From assembly GCA_000500915.1 (NCBI GenBank), contig AYNO01000001.1, positions 800-64,799 of the forward strand: a stretch of 64,000 nucleotides of DNA. Direction: 5' to 3'. Below, piece after piece: positions 1-8,929 of this stretch (position 1 is its first letter; each line of letters begins with the position of its first letter). The translations under genes and the position numbers were made by a program. This DNA comes from Rhodobacter sp. CACIA14H1 (lineage in GTDB: Bacteria; Pseudomonadota; Alphaproteobacteria; Rhodobacterales; Rhodobacteraceae). The notes beneath the pieces are model-generated. The model made no database searches. It worked only from the letters and a program-made list of their open reading frames with translations, and had not been told where the DNA came from.

Positions 1-1866
1 GCCGAAACCGCCCGCAAGGCGATGGACATCCCGGCCAAGTTCCTCGGGCTGCAGATCACCGGCGGTTCCTCCTCCATCCCGGACGCCTTCGACAAGATGC
101 GCCTCGCCGGTTCCGCCGCCCGCGCCGCGCTGGTGGAAGCCGCCGCCCGCAGATGGAACCTCCCCGCCGCCACCCTCGCAACCGAAGGCGGCAAGGTCAT
201 CGCCCCCGATGGCACCACGCTCGCCTATACCGACCTCGCCCCCGATGCGGCGGGCATCGACCTGCCGGCGGAACCGCCCCTGAAACCCCGCACCGACTGG
301 AAATTGCTGGGCCGGACGCAACCCCGCACCGACATGGTCGCCAAAGTCACCGGCACCGCGCAATTCGCCATCGACCTGCGCCTTCCCGACATGCGCTTTG
401 CCACCGTCCGCACCAATCCGCGCCTCGGCGGGCCGATGACCGGCTACGACGCCAGCGCCGCCGTAACCATGCCCGGCGTCGAACGCATCATCCCGCTGGA
501 CAACGGCGTCGCCGTCGTCGCCACCAACACATGGACGGCGATGCAGGCCACCGATGCCATCGCCTTCGACTGGGGCCCCGCCCCCTATCCCGCCACCAGC
601 ACCGAAATCGCCGAAACCCTCCGCGCCGCCTTCACCGAAGACCGCAAGGACAGCACCAACCGCGACGACGGCGACGTTGACGCCACCCTGTCGCCGGACG
701 ACTGGCAGGCCGAATACAGCGCCCCCTACCTCGCCCATGCCACGATGGAACCCATGTCCAGCGCCGCCCTGCTGAAGGACGGCAAGCTCACCGTCTGGTC
801 CGGCAACCAGCTTCCCACCCAGATCGTGGCCGAGGCACGGGCCCTCACCGGCCTCCCGCCCGAAGCCATCACCGTGGAAACCCTGCTCATGGGCGGCGGC
901 TTCGGCCGCCGGGCGGAAATGGACATCATCCGCCAGACCATCTCCGTGGCAAAGGCGATGGAAGGCACCCCCGTCCTGCTGACTTGGTCGCGGGAAGAGG
1001 ACATGACCCACGACGCCTACCGCCCCGCCGCCATCGCCCGTGTCCGCGCGAAACTGGACGGCGGCACCCTGATGGCCTTCGACTTCGCCACCTGCTCCTC
1101 CTCCGTGGTGGAATCACAGGCCGGACGGCTGGGCTATTCCATCCCCGGCCCGGATGGCGCCATCGTGCAGGGCGCGTGGGAACAGCCCTACCGCTTTGCC
1201 AACCACCGCGTCACGGGCTACCGCGCCCCCGCCATGGTCCCCGTCGGATCGTGGCGGTCGGTCGGCGCGTCGCAGAACGCCTTTTTCCACGAAACCGCCA
1301 TCGACGAACTGGCCCGTACCGCAGGCATCGACCCGCTGGAATTCCGCCTCGCCCATATCGACCACGACCCGTCCCGCAAGGTGCTGGAAGCCGTGGCCGA
1401 CCTTTCCGGCTGGGGCACCACCACTGCGGGACGGGCCAAAGGCATCGCCTTCTGCATGTCCTTCGGCGTCCCCGTGGCCGAGGTGATCGAGGTGGAGGAC
1501 ACCCCCGCCGGCCTCCGCCTGACCGGCGCATGGATCACCGCCGATGTCGGCACCGCACTGGACCCCGGCAATATCGAGGCGCAGTTGCAGGGCGGCATGA
1601 TCTACGGCCTGTCAGCAGCGATCAGGGGCGAAATCACCTTCGCCGACGGCATGGCCGAACAGGCGAATTTCTGGGATTACGAACCCCTCCGCCTGTCGCA
1701 ATGCCCGCCCATCGCCACGCGCATCCTTGAAAACCTGCCCCATATCCGGGGCATCGGCGAACCCGGCACCCCTCCCGCCGCCCCCGCCCTCGGCAACGCA
1801 ATCTTCGCCCTGACCGGCCAGCGCCTGCACGACCTCCCCTTCGCACGCAGCATGGGCTTCGCGTGA
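1..1866 (+). CDS. Xanthine dehydrogenase family molybdopterin-binding subunit (isoquinoline 1-oxidoreductase beta-like), 5' end outside window
   Basis: Frame open from position 1; motifs TGGSSS, HATMEP, GGGFGRR, WRSVG, QLQGG, GIGEPGTPP typical of IorB-like large subunits. Confidence 0.85.
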   Translation, partial: AETARKAMDIPAKFLGLQITGGSSSIPDAFDKMRLAGSAARAALVEAAARRWNLPAATLATEGGKVIAPDGTTLAYTDLAPDAAGIDLPAEPPLKPRTDWKLLGRTQPRTDMVAKVTGTAQFAIDLRLPDMRFATVRTNPRLGGPMTGYDASAAVTMPGVERIIPLDNGVAVVATNTWTAMQATDAIAFDWGPAPYPATSTEIAETLRAAFTEDRKDSTNRDDGDVDATLSPDDWQAEYSAPYLAHATMEPMSSAALLKDGKLTVWSGNQLPTQIVAEARALTGLPPEAITVETLLMGGGFGRRAEMDIIRQTISVAKAMEGTPVLLTWSREEDMTHDAYRPAAIARVRAKLDGGTLMAFDFATCSSSVVESQAGRLGYSIPGPDGAIVQGAWEQPYRFANHRVTGYRAPAMVPVGSWRSVGASQNAFFHETAIDELARTAGIDPLEFRLAHIDHDPSRKVLEAVADLSGWGTTTAGRAKGIAFCMSFGVPVAEVIEVEDTPAGLRLTGAWITADVGTALDPGNIEAQLQGGMIYGLSAAIRGEITFADGMAEQANFWDYEPLRLSQCPPIATRILENLPHIRGIGEPGTPPAAPALGNAIFALTGQRLHDLPFARSMGFA

Positions 1867-1900
1867 TCCGTGCTGTCGCCCTGCCCCGAACGGAGTCGCC

Positions 1901-2074
1901 ATGACACATGAACCGGAACAGTCGGGGTCAAGACCCGCTCCGACGCCCCGAACCGGCTTCCTGAAAGGGCTGGCTGTGCCCCCGGACTTCGACCGAATGG
2001 CCGAAGATGAAATCCTTGAACTGTTCGAAGGTGCCAGCGATGCGCCCGCCCCGGCCCCTGACGGCAAAAGGTGA
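1901..2074 (+). CDS. 57-aa ORF resembling the C-terminal tail of Phd/VapB-type antitoxins (possible remnant)
   Basis: Not in ORF track; GGAG RBS then MTHEPEQSGSRPAPTPRTGFLKGLAVPPDFDRMAEDEILELFEG...; GF-x-G...VP-x-DFD...EI-x-x-LF-x-G pattern recalled from antitoxin C-termini. Confidence 0.4.
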   Translation: MTHEPEQSGSRPAPTPRTGFLKGLAVPPDFDRMAEDEILELFEGASDAPAPAPDGKR

Positions 2075-2127
2075 AGGAAGACTCGCCGGTTCTACGCTGT
2101 CGTGATTTGGCCTGATCGGCTAGAGTC

Positions 2128-2409
2128 TCAGTAATCGGCTCCTTGTCGGGTGTCCCAAAGTCGAAGAACCTCGATTTGGGTTGGCGTCACGCGATAGACG
2201 ACCACGAAAGGAGTCCGCGGTATGGCAAGCTCGCGGACTGTTTTTCGTGTATCACTGGGGTGACCCGCGTAGGGGTTTGCAGCCAGCGTCGCTTGGATGG
2301 CCTTCATCTTGTCCCGCGCCTGCGCACTGCCCGCAGGAAAGACAGATCGGTAATGGAAACGGAACCATTGAATGTCTTGCGCCGTACTTTCGAGGAAGAC
2401 GATCTTCAT
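2128..2409 (-). CDS. RelE/ParE family type II toxin
   Basis: 93 aa; MKIVFLESTAQDI...LAANPYAG...RELAIPRTPFVVVYRV...IEVLRLWDTRQ fits the ParE/RelE pattern; downstream of an RHH gene. Confidence 0.85.
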   Translation of the reverse strand: MKIVFLESTAQDIQWFRFHYRSVFPAGSAQARDKMKAIQATLAANPYAGHPSDTRKTVRELAIPRTPFVVVYRVTPTQIEVLRLWDTRQGADY

Positions 2410-2417
2410 CCGCTCCC

Positions 2418-2690
2418 TCAGGTGATGTCAGCCTTCGGCGCGGGGAGTTCGCCTTCGCTGTCCCAAGAGTCGCTCCAGGCATTCATCGCGTCGGAGGAGA
2501 CGAACTTTCCTTGGTCCGCTTCTTCAAGGGCAAGGTCTATGGCTGCGCGCTTGGCTGCCTTGGCTTCCAGCATAGAGCGGATGGCACGCACCGCGAGTTG
2601 GGCAGGCGGACGATCCTCGATCTCCGCTTCTCTCTCCAGTGATTTCCTCAAGTCATCGTCGAGGCGAATTGAATAGGGTGTCGAACCCAT
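2418..2690 (-). CDS. CopG/ribbon-helix-helix antitoxin
   Basis: Start reassigned to ATG 2690 (MGSTPYSIRLDDDLRKSLERE); C-terminal ALEEADQGKFVSSDAMNAWSDSW typical of RHH antitoxins paired with ParE. Confidence 0.8.
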   Translation of the reverse strand: MGSTPYSIRLDDDLRKSLEREAEIEDRPPAQLAVRAIRSMLEAKAAKRAAIDLALEEADQGKFVSSDAMNAWSDSWDSEGELPAPKADIT

Positions 2691-2714
2691 GGGTATTCCT
2701 TTCGTCACCGGTGA

Positions 2715-2727
2715 ATTACAATGTAAT
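2715..2727. promoter_or_regulatory. Palindromic operator for TA autorepression
   Basis: ATTACA-A-TGTAAT perfect palindrome 25 nt upstream of the antitoxin start. Confidence 0.5.
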
Positions 2728-2826
2728 ACGAAAGTGCGGTCAGGGGCAAGCGATGCCGGCTGAGCATCTACCCCGCTTCCCCAAACTGACATGTCAGCCT
2801 ACACTCCCTCCCAAAGGGAGGCCCGC

Positions 2827-4116
2827 ATGACCCGCATCACCGACATCCGCGCACTGGACATCCGTTTCCCCACCTCCCGTGCGCTGGATGGGTCCGATGC
2901 CATGAACCTCGCCCCCGACTATTCGGCGGCCTATTGCATCATCCAAACCGACGGCGGCCACGATGGTCACGGCCTCACCTTCACCATCGGGCGCGGCAAC
3001 GAACTCTGCGTCGCCGCCATCCGCGCCCTCGCCCCGCTCATCGCGCATATCCCCGTCGAAGACCTGCTCTCCGACATGGGCGCCACGTGGAAACGCATCA
3101 CCGGCGACAGCCAGCTCCGCTGGACAGGCCCCGACAAGGGCGTGATCCATCTCGCCACCGCCGCCCTCGTCAACGCGCTCTGGGACCTGAAAGGCAAGAT
3201 CGAAGGCAAACCCGTCTGGCGCCTGCTCTGCGACATGACGCCTGCGGAAACCGTGGCACTGGTGGACTGGCGCTATCTCTCCGACGCGCTCGACCCCGCC
3301 GAGGCGCGCGAAAGGCTGGAGGAAAGGCGCCCAACCCGCGCCGCCCGCATCGCCGAGATGCGGGCCAACGGCTACCCCGCCTATACCACCTCCGCAGGCT
3401 GGCTCGGCTATTCCGACGACAAGATGCGCCACCTCTGCCGCGAAGCCATCGCGCAGGGATGGAACCACTTCAAGATGAAGGTCGGCGGCAATCTGGACGA
3501 CGACATCCGCCGCGCCCGCATCATCCGCGAAGAGATCGGCCCCCACCGCCGCCTGATGATGGATGCCAATCAGGTCTGGGGCGTGCAACAGGCCATCGAC
3601 CACATGAAGCCGCTCGCCGCCTTCGACCCCTGGTTCATCGAGGAACCGACCTCCCCCGACGACATCCTCGGCCACGCCGCCATCGCCCGTGGCGTCGCCC
3701 CCATCAAGGTCGCCACCGGCGAACACTGCCAGAATGCGGTGATGTTCAAGCAGTTCCTGCAGGCCGACGCCCTGCAGATCCTGCAACTGGACTCCGCCCG
3801 TCTCGGGGGCGTCAACGAAATCGTCGGCGTCTTCCTTCTGGCGGACAGATTCGGCGTGCCGGTCTGCCCCCATGCAGGCGGGGTGGGGCTGTGCGAATAT
3901 GTCCAGCACCTGTCGATCTTCGACTACGTCTGCGTCTCGGCCAGCCTGACGGACCGCGTGCTGGAATATGTGGACCACCTGCACGACCATTTCGAATCGC
4001 CCGTCACCATGCGCGCCGGCCACTACATGCCGCCCGAGGAACCGGGCTATTCCATCACCATGAAACCCGAAAGCCGCGCCGCCCACCTTTGGCCGGACGG
4101 CGCGGCATGGCGCTGA
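2827..4116 (+). CDS. fucD: L-fuconate dehydratase (enolase superfamily)
   Basis: RFPTS...DGSDAMN..PDYSAAY, AYTTSAGWLGY, KMKVG, MDANQ, EEPT, TGE, VCPHAGGVGLCE, EYVDHLH; AGGGAGG RBS before ATG 2827. Confidence 0.85.
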   Translation: MTRITDIRALDIRFPTSRALDGSDAMNLAPDYSAAYCIIQTDGGHDGHGLTFTIGRGNELCVAAIRALAPLIAHIPVEDLLSDMGATWKRITGDSQLRWTGPDKGVIHLATAALVNALWDLKGKIEGKPVWRLLCDMTPAETVALVDWRYLSDALDPAEARERLEERRPTRAARIAEMRANGYPAYTTSAGWLGYSDDKMRHLCREAIAQGWNHFKMKVGGNLDDDIRRARIIREEIGPHRRLMMDANQVWGVQQAIDHMKPLAAFDPWFIEEPTSPDDILGHAAIARGVAPIKVATGEHCQNAVMFKQFLQADALQILQLDSARLGGVNEIVGVFLLADRFGVPVCPHAGGVGLCEYVQHLSIFDYVCVSASLTDRVLEYVDHLHDHFESPVTMRAGHYMPPEEPGYSITMKPESRAAHLWPDGAAWR

Positions 4117-4157
4117 CCTGACGGAACCGCCACCGGTTACGAAACCCTGACAGCTCC

Positions 4158-4200
4158 GCCCGCTGCGTGCTGACAGTTTGCGGTACAGCCTGCGGCACAG
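4158..4200. repeat. Dispersed intergenic repeat, copy 1
   Basis: GCCCGCTGCGTGCTGACAGTTTGCGGtACAGcCTgCGGCACAG matches 48778-48820 at 40/43 positions. Confidence 0.75.
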
Positions 4201-4223
4201 AAGGCGTAACGCCCCGCGCGGCC

Positions 4224-4601
4224 TTACACCCAGTAGAACGGGATGCCGTAATGGTGATGCGTCCGTGTCTCCCAGTCGCGGTTCTCGCGCCAGTCCTCGC
4301 CTGTCGGCGGTGCGCCTTCCAGCTGTTCCCGCGTGATGTCGGTCACATACCCGCCCTGCGACACGTCATAGCGCAAGGCGCCCCACGGCACCGGATAATG
4401 CTCCTCGCCGATGCCCAGAACCCCGCCGAAGGCCATCACGGCATAGGCGATCTTCCCGCTCAGCTTGTCGATCATCACATGGTCGATGCTGCCGATATGG
4501 TCGCCCTGATGGTTATAGACCTCGGTCCCCATCACATCCGCCGAAGACACCAGTGCCTGCGGGCTATGCCCGCCCTGCCCCAAGATGCTGTCATCCTGCA
4601 T
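4224..4601 (-). CDS. PRC-barrel domain protein
   Basis: LVSSADVMGTEVYN...IGSIDHVMIDKLSGKIAYAVMAFGGVLGIGEEHYPVPW; GGAGAAGG RBS before ATG 4601. Confidence 0.85.
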   Translation of the reverse strand: MQDDSILGQGGHSPQALVSSADVMGTEVYNHQGDHIGSIDHVMIDKLSGKIAYAVMAFGGVLGIGEEHYPVPWGALRYDVSQGGYVTDITREQLEGAPPTGEDWRENRDWETRTHHHYGIPFYWV

Positions 4602-5112
4602 CGTCCTTCTCCCTCTGTGGCTGATGCAGTCCCAACCGCCCGTCGCCGCCGCCGGTTCCCGCCCGCCCATGGCGCGACGGCAGCAACGCCATCACCACAA
4701 GGCTCAGCGCCGTTGCCGCCACTGCCATGACCCACAGCCCCAACCCCGTGCAAAGTCCCACCGCCGCCGCCAGCCACATGCCCGCACCGGTCGTCAGCCC
4801 CCGCACCTGCCCGTTGTGGAACACGATCATCCCTGCCGCCAGAAAGGCCACGCCGCCCGTCACCGCCTCGACGATCCGCAACGGATCCACCCGCGTCAGC
4901 TCCCCCTCCGCGCCCGCCACGATCTCGGTCGTGATCAGCGCGTAAAGACAGGCCGCCAATCCCACAAGGATATGCGTCCGCAACCCCGCCGCCTGCCTCT
5001 GCGCCTCGCGTTCCACCCCGATCAGGCCGCACAGCACCACCGCCCCGATCAGCCGCAGCGCCAGAATCGGCAGCGGCACAAGCGGCAGGCGCATCAGTTC
5101 CTCGGCGATCAT
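4591..5112 (-). CDS. MgtC/SapB family membrane protein
   Basis: LIGVERE...AGLRTHILVGLAAC, DPLRIVEAVTGGVAFLAAG, VRGLTTGAGMWLAAAVGL. Confidence 0.85.
   Translation of the reverse strand: MIAEELMRLPLVPLPILALRLIGAVVLCGLIGVEREAQRQAAGLRTHILVGLAACLYALITTEIVAGAEGELTRVDPLRIVEAVTGGVAFLAAGMIVFHNGQVRGLTTGAGMWLAAAVGLCTGLGLWVMAVAATALSLVVMALLPSRHGRAGTGGGDGRLGLHQPQREKDDAG
4634..4659 (-). promoter_or_regulatory. EcfG-type promoter of the PRC-barrel gene (inside the 3' end of the mgtC-like ORF)
   Basis: GGAAC-N17-GGTT on minus strand. Confidence 0.7.
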
Positions 5113-5292
5113 CCGCTATCCCCCCTAACGTCCTGCCGAAGCGCGCCAGCCCTGCGACAGGTTCCGCCGCCCCTGCCTCAAACCGCTTTAGCTTTTCCCG
5201 CAATGCGCGTTTGAAATCGGGAAAAATCCCTTCAAACGGGTATCTCGGAATGAACAGACCGTCCTGTCAGGGTCGGCACCCGAGGGGGCAAG

Positions 5293-6924
5293 ATGACCGA
5301 AACGACACGGGCCGGGGCCGCGCTACGACTGACAGGCGTAACGATGCTTCTGGCCCTCTGCAGCCTCTCGGGCCTCCTCCTGTATCAAAGCCATACCGCC
5401 TCGCACGATCGCAGCAGCCTCCTCGTCCACCGTGCCGCCCATGTCGTGGCGACCCAGTTCGTCTGGCTTCTGGAAGCCAGCGCCCAGACCCTGCGCCATA
5501 TCGAAACCAGCCTCGACATCACCCACAACGCCGCCGGCAACGGCATCCTCAGCCTGTCCGACGCCGTGCGCGACCTGCCCAGCGGGCTGCACTACGCGGT
5601 CTATGACAGGGGCGGCCGCCTGACCCATTCCAGCCTGTCCAGCCCGCATCCCATCAGCGTTGCGGACCGCCCCTATTTCGCACAGGCCCGCGACGGGGCG
5701 GAACTCACCCTCGCGCCGATGGTCACCGACCGCCATACCGGCGAACCCTCCATGATACTCGCCCGCCGGATCGACCGCACGGACGGATTCGGCGGCGTCA
5801 TCACCATCGCCATCCCCGTCGCCAAGCTGGAGACTCTGGCCGAGGCGCTGGGACTCGGACCGGGGTCCACCATCAGCCTCGTGCATACCGGCGGGATGCT
5901 TCTTGCCCGGGCCCCTCCGGCCCAACCGATGGATCTGTCGGACACGGTCCTCTTCGATGCGCTGGCCAAGTCGCCGGACGGCAATTTCACCATGGTCTCG
6001 CCCGCAGACGGTGTCCGCCGGATCGCGGGCTTCTGGAAACTGCCCGGCTGGCCCGTGGTTGCCGTGGCGGGCATCGACACCTCGGCCGCCTTCGCGGACT
6101 TCCGCACCACCCTGCGCAGTGCCGTCGTCATCACGCTGCCCGTGATGTTCGCGCTCGGCTGGATGCTGCACGGTCTGCTCGTCCTGATGCGCAAGGAGGA
6201 CGCGCAGCGCATCGCCCTCCGCGATGCCAACGACCGCGCCAATTTCCTGCTGCGCGAAGTGCATCACAGGGTGAAGAACAACCTCCAGACCGTATCCTCG
6301 CTGATCCGTCTGGAATCCGATATCGGCGACGCCGCCAAGGACAGCCTGCTCGGCCGCCTGACCGCGATGGTCGCCGTGCACGAAGCCATGTACCGCTCCG
6401 ACCAGTTCGAGGAAATTTGCATCGCGCCCTATGTCGAACGCCTCGTCGCCGACATCGCCCGCAGCCACGGCGGCGAGGTGACGCGCCGGCTGGACGTCGC
6501 GCCCATCCGGCTGTCGGGCGACCGCGCGATGCTGCTGGGACTTCTGGTCAACGAACTGGTGTCGAACGCCTGGAAACACGCCTTCGCCGCACGCGGCGGC
6601 GGGCTGCTGCATGTCGCCATAGCCGAAACGCCACAGGGCATGATCCGCGTGGTGGTGGCCGATGACGGCCCGGGCTTCCCGCCAAACCGCAACGGGTCGG
6701 GGATGGGCACCCGCCTCATCGAAGCCTTCGCCGCGCAACTCGGCGGCAGCGTCGCGGTGGACAGCACCGGCTCCACCACCGTCACCGTCACCTTCCCCCG
6801 CGATTTCCGCGAAGGCGCGGCGCCCCCTCAGTCGCGGCCGGACCAGACGGCTTCGGTCACCGGCGCAAGGTCAAGGGTGGCGATCCTTTCCTCGAACCCC
6901 GCACGGTCCAGCAGCCGCACATAG
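5293..6924 (+). CDS. Membrane sensor histidine kinase, HisKA_2 family, with Cache-like periplasmic domain
   Basis: Two TM segments; DRPYF Cache motif; H-box LLREVHHRVKNNLQ; NELVSNAWKHAF; DDGPG; GMGTRLI. Confidence 0.9.
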   Translation: MTETTRAGAALRLTGVTMLLALCSLSGLLLYQSHTASHDRSSLLVHRAAHVVATQFVWLLEASAQTLRHIETSLDITHNAAGNGILSLSDAVRDLPSGLHYAVYDRGGRLTHSSLSSPHPISVADRPYFAQARDGAELTLAPMVTDRHTGEPSMILARRIDRTDGFGGVITIAIPVAKLETLAEALGLGPGSTISLVHTGGMLLARAPPAQPMDLSDTVLFDALAKSPDGNFTMVSPADGVRRIAGFWKLPGWPVVAVAGIDTSAAFADFRTTLRSAVVITLPVMFALGWMLHGLLVLMRKEDAQRIALRDANDRANFLLREVHHRVKNNLQTVSSLIRLESDIGDAAKDSLLGRLTAMVAVHEAMYRSDQFEEICIAPYVERLVADIARSHGGEVTRRLDVAPIRLSGDRAMLLGLLVNELVSNAWKHAFAARGGGLLHVAIAETPQGMIRVVVADDGPGFPPNRNGSGMGTRLIEAFAAQLGGSVAVDSTGSTTVTVTFPRDFREGAAPPQSRPDQTASVTGARSRVAILSSNPARSSSRT

Positions 6925-7567
6925 GGCCGCTGCACCTCGATCCGCTTGTCGCGCACCATCCGGCCCATCAGCCGGTTGACATAGATGCCCGTCATCCCCG
7001 TCGCCTCGCCGATCTCGGTCTGGTTCATGGGCAGCGGAAAGCGGTTTCCGTCCCCCACACCCTCCACCGCCAGCCGCGACCGGATATCCAGCAGCAGATG
7101 GATCAGCCGGTCCTCCGCCGCCGCCCGGTCGAACAGGACCGCCCGTTGCTGCGCGGCGGCCAGTTCCATGCCCACCAGCGACACGATGGACGGCCACAGC
7201 CGGGCCTGCACACGCGTCGCCGCAACGATGCTGCTGCGCGGGACCACCGAAAGCAGGCCCTCGGTCAGCATCGACACATCCTGCGGCACCCGCGCCAGCC
7301 CGATCTCGGCCAGCCCGATGATCTCGCCGGGAAGGAAGATGCGAAGGATGGGCGACCGCCCCCCTCGCGCGGGCCGCGCACCGCGGCCCAGCCATGCTGG
7401 ACGATATAGACGTGTTCCGCCACCGCCCCCCGCCGCGCGATCACCTCGTGTCGCGCCGCGTTCAGCGGTCGCCCGTGCGGCTGCAGAAGGCGCCGCAGCT
7501 CCACCTCGGCCGAAGGGGCCTCGGACTGCCGGAAACCGAATTGCTGTTGCGCCATCATGCGGACCAT
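6828..7567 (-). pseudogene. Crp/Fnr family regulator split by a one-base frameshift (real or sequencing error)
   Basis: N-part (EHVYIVQHGWAAV) in ORF 7265-7567 and C-part (ILRIFLPGEIIG...LPMNQTEIGEATGMTGIYVNRLM HTH) in ORF 6828-7691; one extra G in the G6 run at 7359-7364 joins them. Confidence 0.75.
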
Positions 7568-7591
7568 GCCTCACCTCGTCTTGCCCTGCCG

Positions 7592-7617
7592 AACCGACGC
7601 CCCCGCCAGAGGGTTCC
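7592..7617 (-). promoter_or_regulatory. EcfG-type promoter, proximal to the crp-like gene
   Basis: GGAAC-N17-GGTT. Confidence 0.7.
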
Positions 7618-7680
7618 CCCTGCGGAACGACGCGCAGCGCGGCCTGACCCCCTCGTCGGCAGACCTCCGCCAACCCCTTA

Positions 7681-7735
7681 AACCAGCGCAAGGTCGGTCC
7701 GGTTCCCTCGGAACGGAAGAAAGACGCGACGGGTT
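7681..7735. promoter_or_regulatory. Back-to-back divergent EcfG-type promoters
   Basis: Minus 7706-7681 GGAAC-N17-GGTT; plus 7710-7735 GGAAC-N17-GGTT. Confidence 0.7.
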
Positions 7736-7789
7736 TCCCTGCCGTGGGGGGCTGGATGCGCCCCGACGGCTAACGAAGGAGAGCAACCG

Positions 7790-8851
7790 ATGGCTAATCA
7801 GGACAACCAGCGCAACTGGCAAGGCGGCGACCGCAATCAGGACCACAGCTCCCGTCAGAGCGGCCAGGGCTTCGGTGGCGGTGGCGGACAAAGCCGGATG
7901 GGCAACGAAAACGAACGCTACATGGAACAGGGCTACGGTCAGCAGGGCGGCCAGTATGGTCAGGGCCAGTATGGTCAGGGCCAGCAGGGTTACGGCCAGC
8001 AGGGCTACGGCCAGTCCATGGGCGGCTCGCATGGCGGGTCCTATGGCAGCGGCTACGGCAGCGGTCAGGGCTCGCAGGGCGGCTTCTACGGTCAGGGTTC
8101 CGGCGGCATGGGCGGCTATGGCGGCGAATACGGCTCCGGCGGTTACGGTCAGGGCTACGGTCAGGGCATGGGCGGCGGCTTCATGTCGTCGCAGGGCGGC
8201 ATGGGCGGCGGCAACTGGCAGGGCGGCGGCTACGGCCGCAACGATTCCGGCCAGCAGGGCTATGGCCTCTACCAGACCGGCACCCATCAGGGCACCCATC
8301 AGGGCGGCCAGCACATGGGCGGCGGCTACGGACAGGGCCAGTCCGGATATGGCGGCGGCTATGGCCAGACCTCGGGCTCCGGCGGCTATGGCGGCACCAT
8401 GGGCGGCCAGTATTCCGGCGGCGGCTCCTCCGGCATGGGCGGGCAGGGGCTTGGCCAATACGGCTCGCATGGCGGCGGGATGCAGGGGGGCGCCTTCTCG
8501 GGCGGCTACCAAGGTGGCTCGGGCGGCTACGGCAGCAGCCAGTATGGCCAGTCGGGCAGCCAGTCCGGCAGCAGCAGCCACCACCACGACCCGCACTTCC
8601 ACGCCTGGCGTGAACGGCAGAACCAGCAGTTCGACGAAGACTGGCGCTCCTACAACGAAGAACGGCAGAAGTCCTTCGACAGCGACTTCGACCAATGGCG
8701 CCAGAACCGCTCCAAGTCCGGCTCGTCCGGCAGCGGTTCGGGTTCTTCCGGCTCCTCCTCGATGAGCGGCGGCAGCTCCTCGTCGGGTTCGGGGTCGGGT
8801 TCGGGCTCGTCGGGTTCTTCTTCCGGCTCCTCGTCCTCCCGCGAGAAGTAA
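7790..8851 (+). CDS. Gly/Ser/Gln/Tyr-rich low-complexity protein with a short helical C-terminal domain
   Basis: AAGGAG RBS, EcfG promoter and downstream terminator; GYG/QYG repeats; DPHFHAWRERQNQQFDEDWRSYNEERQKSFDSDFDQWRQNR. Confidence 0.85.
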   Translation: MANQDNQRNWQGGDRNQDHSSRQSGQGFGGGGGQSRMGNENERYMEQGYGQQGGQYGQGQYGQGQQGYGQQGYGQSMGGSHGGSYGSGYGSGQGSQGGFYGQGSGGMGGYGGEYGSGGYGQGYGQGMGGGFMSSQGGMGGGNWQGGGYGRNDSGQQGYGLYQTGTHQGTHQGGQHMGGGYGQGQSGYGGGYGQTSGSGGYGGTMGGQYSGGGSSGMGGQGLGQYGSHGGGMQGGAFSGGYQGGSGGYGSSQYGQSGSQSGSSSHHHDPHFHAWRERQNQQFDEDWRSYNEERQKSFDSDFDQWRQNRSKSGSSGSGSGSSGSSSMSGGSSSSGSGSGSGSSGSSSGSSSSREK

Positions 8852-8899
8852 GCCGGATCGCCGGGGCCTCCCCCGGGCCCCGGCACCCCGCAAACCTGC

Positions 8900-8928
8900 A
8901 AGGCCGGCGCCTCCCGCGCCGGCCTTTT
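8900..8928 (+). terminator. Rho-independent terminator between convergent genes
   Basis: AAGGCCGGCGC-loop-GCGCCGGCCTT then TT; a second hairpin at 8860-8884. Confidence 0.65.
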
Positions 8929-8929
8929 C

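Noticed and set aside
5139-5165. GGAAC-N17-CGCT upstream of the mgtC-like gene
   Set aside because: The -10 element deviates from the motif; not counted as a promoter
5208-5238. Inverted repeat CGTTTGAA...TTCAAACG upstream of the kinase, and palindrome TTTCAAATTGAAA at 14239-14251
   Set aside because: Possible operators, but no matching second copy or assignable regulator
7920-8560. Short tandem DNA repeats (e.g. GGCCAGTATGGTCAG x2, GGCACCCATCAG x2) as a possible CRISPR or VNTR
   Set aside because: In-frame codon repeats of the Gly-rich protein; no constant repeat with unique spacers and no cas genes
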